From contig OZ024741.1 in NCBI GenBank assembly GCA_964016885.1, forward strand, positions 195,734,001-195,798,000: a stretch of DNA of 64,000 bases. The letters run 5' to 3'. The DNA is from Eledone cirrhosa (lineage: Eukaryota). Shown here in pieces: positions 54,209 through 64,000 of the stretch (the first letter of the stretch is position 1; every line of letters begins with the position of its first letter). A program made the translations under genes and the position numbers. The notes under the pieces were generated by a model. That model ran no database searches, was not told where the DNA came from, and saw only the letters and a list, made by a program, of their open reading frames with translations.

Positions 54209-57051
54209 TTTCATTTATTAGCCACAAGGGCCGACATGTAGGGGACAATACAAAGACAGGGACAGTGGGGGTTTACAATGAGGTCGAGTAAAAGTGCACA
54301 ATGGCAAGACTAATTTAACAATGAAAATATAAAAGTATAAAATAAACTATGCAAAATAATATAACAAAATATAACAAAATAAATTCCCCGATAGGGGGTG
54401 GACGACCCTGGGGTGATTCGGGTACCCCACCAATCCTGAACCACCCTGCGCTTCTAGGGCACCCAGGAGAGCACCCCTCTCCTCAAGTTAGCCAGCCTAT
54501 AGGCGCATGGTCAGAGTAGGCCCATTCACACGAGCCATTCTCGCCACATTCACCCACCTTTTAGCAAATGTAGTGGGGGGCAGCAGTTCTCTCTCCACCC
54601 TCACCCTCCTTTCCAGGTGAAACTTGAAGAAGTTGATGAGGGATTGGCCGAAGAGAAAAGTGTCTGTCTTTAGTCCTTTCAACCTGGTCCACCATATAAT
54701 CTCTTTCGCAACTGCCACCAGACAGAGGAAAATGTCCTGCTCTTCCTGACCTAAGGAAGGTGGCGGCTCGATCTTCACTATGGACTCGGCCGATAACTGG
54801 ATTCGTTCCACACGCGACAGTAGCTGTTCGACATAACTCCACAAGTCAGTAATGCACGGACATTGGACAAGTGCGTGCAGAACGGTTTCGTCGTTCTGTG
54901 CGCATCTTGGGCATGTCCGTCTGACAGCACTTCCGTGCCTGTAGAGTTTATCCCGAACCGGCAGTGCCCCCCCCCCCCCGGTAGCACTGCCAAGCGAGGG
55001 ATTTCTGGAAATTGTCCATCGTCCCCGGCTCAAAAGTCCTCCGGTACAGACTGGTCAATTCGACTTCGTCGAGGCCCAAAGCTTCTCCGAGTGCGTCATC
55101 GCACTTGCCCACCACTAATCCTCTATAGAACTCGAGAGTGGAAGTTCCACTGATCGCATTGCCCGCTTGGTAGAGGGCAGTGAGTGCCTGGCAACATTCC
55201 AGGTGCCAGTCACCCAGTCTCGGTCTCTTCTTGACCCAGGACTGCAGCTCAGTCACAGAAATGAGCTGCGGAAAGGCCCGTCTGATAAACGGCGACCACA
55301 CCTGTTCACCATTGAGGCAGAATATCTGGAGATGTCGCAGCCTCAACGCATGTCTGCGCATCATTAGCCACGGCATGCCCAGCCCTCCGCGTAGAGGGTG
55401 CTGGCAGCAGATGGACCGCCTCACCAACGGAACTTGTCCCCTCCACAAGAATTTGAAGAGGAGCCGTTCCAACTTGACGAGGCGCGGACGGGGGCAAGGC
55501 ACGGCTGTTAGGCGGTAATAGATGACGGACGCGATGTACGCATTCGCCACCTCCGCGCGACCTTTCAGTGATAGCTTCCTCCCAGCCCATTTTTGGGTGA
55601 GACTGGCTACTCTGCTCGTTACCTCGTCCCAATTCTTTTCCACCTGGAGGTCTGGTCCGAACCAAACCCCGAGCAACTTTACTGGTCCGTCCGTCCAGCG
55701 TCCCACGACGCTGTTGGACGGCATGGGCTTGCCTCTCCAGGTTCCGAGCTGCAAGCCCACCGACTTTTCCGGGTTAAGTTTGGCTCCTGTCAACCTTTCA
55801 TATTCCTTCAATAAGGTGCCGACCACCTCGATTTCTGAGGTGTTCGACACCATCACGGTGATGTCGTCCACATAAGCCGACACCGCCTTTCCACGTCCCG
55901 GTTCGAGCGGGATGCCCTGCAACAGCTCCAGCTTCCGCAGTAAAGGCTCGAGAGTCAATACGTACAGAAGGGAAGAGAGAGGGCACCCTTGACGGACCGA
56001 TCGGGAGAGCCGAAATGGTTCCGAGAGGTGGCCATTAACCTTGACCACCGAGCGTGTGCCGCTGTGCATTGCAACGATCCAGCTTCTAAAGACAGGGCCG
56101 AAGCCAGCTGCTTTGAGGACAAACTCCAGATACCGATGGTCGACCCTATCGAATGCTTTCGATTGATCTAAATTGATCAGTGCCCCACCGAAGCCAGGTT
56201 TACACCCTACCCTCTCTATGATGTATCGCATGAGGTGGAGATTGTCGTGTATGGACCTGGCTGGGATTGCGTAAGTTTGCGCCTCCCCAACCAAATCCTC
56301 GACGACAAGCGCCAATCTCTTTGCTAACACCTTGGCCAAAATCTTAAACTCTGTCTTGAGCAGAGTTATGGGCCTGAAGTTGTCTAATGTATCCCTCTTG
56401 TTCTCGTCTTTCCTTATCAGCGTCACCACTCCCCTGCTCACAGAACTGGGAATACTCCCATTCTGCTGCCAGTTACAGTAGAGTGCTTCGAGGAGTTCGG
56501 AGAACAAGTCTGGCATATTTACGTAAAGCTCGTAGGGCAGGCCATCCAAGCCGGGTGACTTGCGCCTCATACAGCCGACAAGGGCGTCCTGAATTTCGGC
56601 TGAAATAATCGGCCTTTCGCAGCGCTCAGCGTCGACCGTCGAGATGCGCGGCAAGCCGTCAAGGTAGGGACTGAAATCCGCTACTCTCTCTGACTCGCCA
56701 CTCTCCCCGAACAACCGAGCAAAGTGCTGGCGAAAGGCCTCACACATCCGCTTGGAATCGCTTATCTCGTGTCCGTCTCGGTCCGCCAAAGACCGAATTG
56801 TGGTTTTATTACCACGCTGCGCCTCCGCCACGCGGGCCCATCGAACAGCTTTAGTTCCCTCGTTTCTCAGAGCACGCGCCTTAGCTCTGACAATGCAACC
56901 TTCGTGTTTGGCATTGAAGAAATGGTCTAATGCCATTCTCGCTGCTAGCACGTCAGTTGCGATGCCACTACAAATAGCCTCGTCTAACTTATCTACCAGC
57001 TCCCCCTCCTTTCTATTTTTCTCTAACGCTAGTTCTTTGCTGAACTCTATT
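54207..57051 (-). mobile_element. 5'-truncated second Tx1 subfamily copy (frameshift at a poly-G run near 54970)
   Basis: Extensive protein similarity to 46212-49631; same 3' terminus; (AAT)n on both sides. Confidence 0.93.
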
Positions 57052-57069
57052 AATAATAATAATAATAAT

Positions 57070-57392
57070 ACGAGAGTGCAAGAGAAGGAGAGGGAGAAAA
57101 TTAACCGATACCAGGACTTAAAGTGGGAGGTAAAAAGGATTTGGAACTGCCATGAAGTCAAAGTGATCCCGATTGTCATAGGCGCACTAGGGACTATCTC
57201 AAAAAGTTTCCAGGGATGGTTAAAGAAAATTGGCCCCTTCACGCTTTTTGGAACGCTTCAAAAGGCATGCTTGCTGGGAACAGCAAGAACCCTCCGATAC
57301 GTCCTGAATATCTGAGGCTGCAGGTAGTGGCTTGATATTCATCTCAACAAACTTTCCAGTTAACTAACATCAATGACTGAGACTCAAAGAAC

Positions 57393-57443
<51 letters not shown>
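57070..57443 (+). mobile_element. 3' fragment of another R4/Dong-like element with an (AAT)n tail
   Basis: EREKINRYQDLK.E...W...IPIVIGALG...LQKACLLGTARTLR. Confidence 0.85.
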
Positions 57444-57445
<2 letters not shown>

Positions 57446-58760
57446 AATTATTGTCTAAAGTGCTCAAGTGCACTACAACTCGTCAAAGGTGCATGAATAG
57501 TGCATAGAATATCATACAAATGTCAGGGAAGTGAATAGTGTATGAGTCATGATATACATGTGTGCATGTGTATGGAGGGCGAATATTAGGTGTAGTGTTG
57601 GTGAATCTCAGGAAGCGTGGAGGTTTTAAAGGATGCAGTTTCTCGACAGCTAATAACTGATGCAGGTAGTTTGTTCCATGCTTCAGCAACTCTGAGCGTG
57701 GAAAAATGTTTCCGAAAGTCATGGGAGCTGTGCTGTTTTCTGACTTTGTTGGCATGCCCACGTGTGTTAGACACATGGAAATCAAAAAGGTACTCAGGGT
57801 TGTTGTTGGCAAGATGGTTAATAATTTTGTGGATGTTTATCAAGTCAGTTACCAGACATCGGAGCTTCAATGTATCCATGCCCAGGGAAGTAAGGCGTTC
57901 AGAGTATGGTAGATGCCTGGTGGAGGGTATTCGCTTGGTTGCACGTCTCTGAACAGTTTCCAGGCGGTCAATGTTCTGCGCAAGATAGGGATTCCAGACT
58001 GGTGATGCAAATTCTAAGTGTGGCCGCACCATAGCTATGTACAGCTTTAAATAGATAGCGGGAGAGCGGCTGAAAATGGTCTTGCTGAGTGATGCTAAGA
58101 CACCCTCGGCCTTCTTGACAATTTTAGAGACGTGCTTCGTCCAACGCAAATCGCTGCTGACCATAATGCCCAGGTCACGTTCACAAGAAGACTTCTTGAT
58201 ATTAGTGTTGTGGAGGGAGTATGTGGACGTTGGGTTTTTACTCCCAAAATGCATGGTGGTGCACTTGTCCACAGTTAGCTTGAGTTGCCAGTCTGTGATC
58301 CATTGTTGCATTATGTCCAGGTCAGATTGCAGGCAAGATCTATAGTGTTCAGGATCTGTCCTTTTTATCTCAAGGTACAGCTTGATGTCATCTGCATATT
58401 TCAGTACTGTGGCATTATTTAAGTTGGCATCTATGTCATTAATATATGCCACAAACAAAAGGGGTCCAAGAACAGATCCCTGTGGTACACCAGATGACAT
58501 CTCATATGGTGATGAATGGTGTCCTAGAACCGTGACTACCTCTCTTCGATTGAGAATGAAGGACTTCAACCAGTTAAAAAGATCATCCTTCACACCCATT
58601 GCAGAGAGTTTTGCCATAAATCTTTTGTGTGGCACAGAATTGAAAGCTTTAGCAAAGTCAAGGTAAACAACATCCACCCATGAGCCGCCATCAGTGATCC
58701 GGGTGATGTCTTCAAGAAACTCGATAAGTTGATCAGAGCAACTGGAGTTAGGGATACATC
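57444..58760 (-). mobile_element. 5'-truncated CR1-like LINE whose 3' end abuts the (ATT)n tract
   Basis: YLDFAKAF, SGVPQGSVLGPLLF, YADD, ERDLG, VRPHLEF, TRGH, WNKLP. Confidence 0.92.
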
Positions 58761-58783
58761 CAAATTGTACCCGTGTGTAAGCA

Positions 58784-58862
<79 letters not shown>

Positions 58863-59049
58863 TATACGTCTGTACGAAGCTAAGAAGAAATGTGTGTGTA
58901 TATATAAGTAAAAGAGTGTGGTGCTTGTAAGTACAAAGCTATGAACAAAAGTATGTTAATATAAGCGTGTGTATGTGTGTGTGTATACGGAGCAGTGAAG
59001 GGAAAGTGGTGTGTGTATATTTAATCGGTCTGTATTAGTTGTAAGAGAA

Positions 59050-62000
59050 GATGTTAATGATCAAGAGAAAGCAAGCAATAGGAATCTAGGGGTGAATGTA
59101 CAAGCGCGTGTGATAATGGATGCGGTATTAAAGAAGTTGAGGGGAGGGGTGAGTTGAGTCCAAGAGAGGAATAGGAGCCACGGCGGTGAATCAGACTTTG
59201 TTCAGTCCTGGTGCACGAGGGCTGTGATCTATGATGTAAAAGGACACCCAGAACTGAAACATTTAGTGAAGAATGACCAGGAGAATAGAAATGACGGGCG
59301 ACAGGAGTATCCAAACCGAGTCATATGTCCCTCAAATGCTCAGCAAAACAGTCCGCCATATGGAGTCCCGTTTGTCTGATGTATAAAGACCCGCAAAAGG
59401 AACACCGGATGACATAGACAACGTGGGTGGATGTGCAGGTGAAAGAGTGGCGGATACGGAATAACCCGTTAGGGCCTGCGAGAGGTGACGGTAGAAATGA
59501 AGGGACAAGTGTTGCAGCGGGGGACGAGAACAAGGATGGGAGCTGGGTGGAGTTGTGGGAGAGGACGAGAAGAATCTGCATACCAGGAGGTTGCAGAGGT
59601 TGCGGGCGCGCTTAAAAGCAGTAATGGGTGGGTTTGGAAAAAAGCGAGAAGTGACGGGGTCAGAAGAGAGGATGCAGAAGGAACGGAGGATATGTCGCCG
59701 GAGTGGTAGGGTGATGGGGTGGTAGGTGAGAGGGAAAGGAACGCGGATGTTGGGAGGGCGAGGGTGAGGTGAGAGGGCTGTGATATGGTCTGTTTCATGG
59801 GTGCGGGTGAGAGCAGCTTGAATCAGGGTGGGGGTGAGAGTGGGGGGGGTACATGCTAGATGAAGCAGGAAGCCATGTATAGCGAAGAACTAGCGTGTAT
59901 GAATGTAACAAGGAGACATGGTTTGTGTGTATAATATTTAATTAACAATCATGGATATATATATAGAACAGTATAGTTGACATGTCAAAGTAATAGATGA
60001 TAGAATGAAGCAAAGTTAGTAGTTACCGTTTTGATTGCCAGGCAAACGCGAGACGCCTGGCGAAGGCCAGGCGCCGGAAGGGCAAATGAGAGGCAGAGAA
60101 CTTAAAGTTGTTAGTTTTATAGGGTTCTGACAGGAAGTTACAGAAAGGGTTCTACTTCCCGTCTAGATGTTGTTAATCTATTGGGGTTGTGAGTCACAAC
60201 AAGGGAGGCCACTGCTACATAACCTCCCGCCAGAATTTTAGAATATAAAAATCGAATGAAATATGTAGCAAGTTGGCGAGAATGTTGTAACAGGCATGAA
60301 AATTACGACAAAAGAATGTTTGCAAAAATCAATGATAGATATCAAGGTAGCCAACCGCACTTGGCCAGAGAACGACTGGACATCTATCTATCCATCACCC
60401 AAAGATACAATGTAATAAAGTAAGAGGAGAGCTCAAAGTTCAAATGTACAAAATATAGTTCACAGGTGTGCAATCACATGACAGCAGGAAAGAAAGTGTG
60501 TTCCAGAGAATGAATGCAGGTGGTTTCTGTTCTGTGGTATATCGTGAAATTTCCAACCTCCGAATGGATTTTCTCACAGGAAGAGTGCTGCAAAAATAAA
60601 TTCTCTGGCTTGTTCTGCTGGTTTTGGTTGTTGTTGAAGCTGTGTTGCTGTGGATGTTGTCTCGCGGAGTGAGCGTATTCGGTGTTTAAATTCACAGTAA
60701 AAAAATTCTTTTCAGAAAAAATGAGTTGCACAAAAGTGCTAGAAATAACAGCCGAAGTTGATGGTCGATGTTGAGAATGCGTTGACCTGGAAGAGTCAAG
60801 AGGCCAGCGACCAAAGAAATAAGCATTCTGAATAAATGCGCAGTTTTCAACGGCAAATTTACGTGGTAAATTTTTAAACCGGCAAATAGGAGAATATAGC
60901 TTAAGGCTGAAGAATCCTTGGCGAGAAACGTTATCTCTGGCGTGCGGCTATCTCTGTGAGTCGAGAATTTGTGCTGCCTACACGTGCCAATACAAGGTTA
61001 AGTTAGGTTGAAAAAATAATATTTCTAACGCGCGAGAAAATGATAGTGCAAGTGTGAAAGTGACAATGATGAAAAAGAAAGGCTTCACTTAGCATAATTA
61101 TTGGTGTGAACTTTGGAAAAAAAAACTTGAACGATGAAGAAAACGATGAAAAAAAAGGCAATGGTGCATCGAAAATAAATAAATGTTCCTGTTGAAATGT
61201 TTTTTAAAGAATATCAAATTTCTTTTTTTTTTTTTTGTGTTTTGAAAGTGTTCGTTGTAAGAAACGAGAAACATATATATATCGTGAAATGCGACAGTTA
61301 GTTGATGCGTGTGAGAAAAAGTCTGTCTGTGCGAAAATTTCACATGTGCGTGGTGTGTTCGTTTCTTTTACTGAGTATTTTCATAGTTTGTCAATAAATT
61401 TGCTGTGTATTCGTAATGCTACTCACACAACCCCAGAATCTGCTATTTTTTTCTGTTTTCGGGGTGACCACTTATAGCGATGAACGGCTGCGTGTTCGTA
61501 TCACGTCAGGGTTACCAATATAGCGAATGTGCTAGCGTGTATGAATGTAACAAGGAGACATGGTTTGTGTGTATAATATTTAATTAACAATCATGGATAT
61601 ATATATAGAACAGTATAGTTGACATGTCAAAGTAATAGATGATAGAATGAAGCAAAGTTAGTAGTTACCGTTTTGATTGCCAGGCAAACGCGAGACGCCT
61701 GGCGAAGGCCAGGCGCCGGAAGGGCAAATGAGAGGCAGAGAACTTAAAGTTGTTAGTTTTATAGGGTTCTGACCGGAAGTTACAGAAAGGGTTCTACTTC
61801 CCGTCTAGATGTTGTTAATCTATTGGGGTTGTGAGTCACAACAAGGGAGGCCACTGCTACACATGTGAAGGGAATAGGTTTCGAAATTGTCGTCCTGGCT
61901 TTAGAGCCGACGAAGACAGAGGAATTGGGAATAGGGTATGGAGTGTTTGATGTGGGTTGATGGGAGGAGGTGAAGTTGAGGTAAGAGTGGGCGTCTGTTG

Positions 62001-62770
62001 ATTTAATGGAGATGGGAGTAGAGAGGGTGTGGTGAGAGTGATTAATAGATAGAGAGATATCTAGAAAAGGGACAGAAGAATCGGAGATGGAGGCGGTGAA
62101 AGTGAGACCATGATGAAAAGATAGGACAAAAGAAAGAAAGCAGTCGAGCTGTTCTCGTGATAGAGAGGTGGCGCCGATACAGTCGTCGATATAACGACCG
62201 TATAGTTCAGGAGTCGTTCCAGCATACTGGGAGAAAATCTGGGCTTCGACGTAGCCAACAAACAAGTTAGCATAGTTTGGACCCATTCTGGTTCCCATCG
62301 CCACACCAGAGACCTGCTGATAGAAGCTCAACCAGATGGAGAAGATTGGTAGTGCTGGGGTAAGGTGTAGGGCTTAAGTCTAAAAAATGTTGGAAAGCGC
62401 GGAGGCCATCATCATGAGGGATGACGGTATAGAGAGAGGGGATGTCCAGAGTAATGAGAAGGCGAGAGGGACCAGGAGGGAAGGAGAAGGAGTTGAAGAG
62501 TCTAAGGGTATGATTGGTATCATGGATGTGGGAGGGGAGATTGACGATCAACGGGGCGAGGATGGTGTCTAAATATTCAGAAATTATCTTGCTGGGGCAG
62601 TTGCACGCAGAAACGTTGGACGGCCAGGATTATTTTGTTTGTGTATTTTGGGGAGAAAATGGATGGTGGGTGTACGAGGGGTGTGTACAATAAGGTTGGT
62701 GGCTGTGTGAGGTAGGAGAGAGGAGGAGATGAGCTCGTGGATGGTGGAGGACACGAGTTGTTGGTAGCCA
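59050..62770 (-). mobile_element. Decayed Penelope-like (Neptune-like) element with RT and GIY-YIG, split by an LTR insertion
   Basis: LPKIHK..PGRP, D..SLYT.IPH, GVAMGT.MGP.YANLF, RYIDD; HVVYVIRC..C..LYI.QTG. Confidence 0.88.
59878..61861 (-). mobile_element. Non-autonomous LTR retrotransposon (LTRs 59878-60219 and 61519-61861)
   Basis: Near-identical ~342-bp LTRs, CATG 4-bp TSD, PBS TGGTAACCCTGACGTGAT (61500-61517, tRNA-Trp-like), purine-rich PPT GGCGGGAGG next to the 3' LTR. Confidence 0.92.
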
Positions 62771-62789
62771 GGGTGGATAGTGAGAAATG

Positions 62790-64000
62790 AATTTAAAAAA
62801 ATCACAATGCTATCTTACAATTACAGGTTAATAAGTAGAGAATAGAAAAAACTTGTAGAAATTGAGTAGTAACAAAACTGATACAAATTTAAAGGGGTTT
62901 AACACATCTGCTATAAGTAGTTAGTAAAACGTATTCGGCCAATTCTATCTTTAAATTACAGGTGTGGGGGAACTGATGCTACAGAGGCCCGATGGGCTGC
63001 ATCGGGGTAGGCGAAAGGGGAAAGCAGACGAGGAAAAAAATAGGGGGTGGAAGGAAGTGATAGAATGAGACAGGGGGAAGAAGAAGACAAAGAGGAAAAG
63101 AGATACATCTACCTATGTAAGCTGGGGTTTCCCCTAAATTAATCGGCAAGTAGGGGATATCAGCCCTTGTCTACCCATCCGAGTCGTTATGGGATTTGAG
63201 GGCGAGGTAAGTCCCACACAATCTGTGTTTGCATGCGGTTACCAGTTCGTCTTTCTTGTTTAGGAGTTGGTCCTTCGAAAACAGCATTTCTAATGTTTCC
63301 TCCGAGCATAAGTTACACGGACGGCGTCCTCCCGTGTAAGAGTTAGCTCTGGACACTAAGCTCCAAGTGAGATTGTAGGTTATATTATTATCTTGGAGGT
63401 CCCAGGTGTGGCCCGAAAGTGTAGTGGCATGTCGCCAGACCGTGTTTCGGAAAGTATGTCGGTGTTGGTAGAGCCGGATCTTGAAGTCACACGCGGTTAA
63501 TCCTATATAAGCTTTGTTGGAGGTGTCCGTCCTCACGTTGCACTGGTAGATCACGTTACGTTCTCGGCATTTGTTGTTGAGGGGGCACGTAGTTCTATCA
63601 GGGCAGTTACATCTCCTGGTCGGCTCTCCACTGATGTCTAGGTTATTTCTTCCATAGGGGTTGAGTTTTTTGTTATTTGAGGAGACGTCATTTTCCTAAT
63701 GATTTTCCTAAAACATCGTCTCCTCAAACAACAAAAAACTCAACACCTATGGAAGAAATAACCTAAACATCAGTGGAGAGCCGACCAGGAGGTGAAACTG
63801 CCCTGATAGATCTACGTGCCCCCTCAACAACAAATGCCGAGAACGTAACGTGATCTACCAGTGCAACGTGAGGACGGACACCTCCAACAAAACTTATATA
63901 GGATTAACCGCGTGTGACTTCAAGATCCGGCTCTACCAACACCGACATACTTTCCGAAACACGGTCTGGCGACATGCCACTACACTTTCGGGCAACATCT
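62790..64000. mobile_element. Naiad-type Penelope-like 3' fragment (minus, GIY-YIG at 63171-63554) with an inverted copy 63717-64000 on plus
   Basis: CNCPDRTTCPLNNKC (CxCx5Cx5C), VIYQC...YIGLT...FK.R..H, CNLC.EE; mirror symmetry around ~63700. Confidence 0.9.

Noticed and set aside
54948-57315. ORF extensions crossing 57051-57070 on both strands
   Set aside because: Chance read-through across an (AAT)n tract between two different elements
63121-63165. Hairpin after the Naiad stop codon as a SECIS or hammerhead
   Set aside because: Lacks the UGAN/NGAN quartet with apical AA, and lacks a full CUGANGA core

Overview
AT-rich animal genomic DNA. The SINE types, RTE/CR1/Tx1/Dong LINEs and long (TA)n tracts suggest an octopod cephalopod, which is my inference. 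The only host gene is the 3' part of a tandem-repeat (two-CRD) galectin on the + strand, with six coding exons at 1814-25220; its first exon(s) lie upstream of the window. Its introns are filled with decayed LINEs, SINEs and MITEs. The most striking structure is at ~26.9-45.3 kb: about 15 recognisable minimal type I hammerhead ribozymes from at least six sequence families. They sit in short non-coding Penelope-like/retrozyme-like units arranged as palindromes or circularly permuted partial tandems, almost all embedded in (TA)n tracts. From 45.9-58.8 kb, five non-LTR retrotransposons are chained through (AAT)n tracts, including an intact full-length Tx1/L1-clade element whose 3' end resembles the tail of the local SINEs. 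The window ends with a Penelope-like element interrupted by a non-autonomous LTR element (tRNA-Trp PBS, 4-bp TSD) and an inverted Naiad-type Penelope fragment. All calls were made by eye; no searches or folding programs were run.
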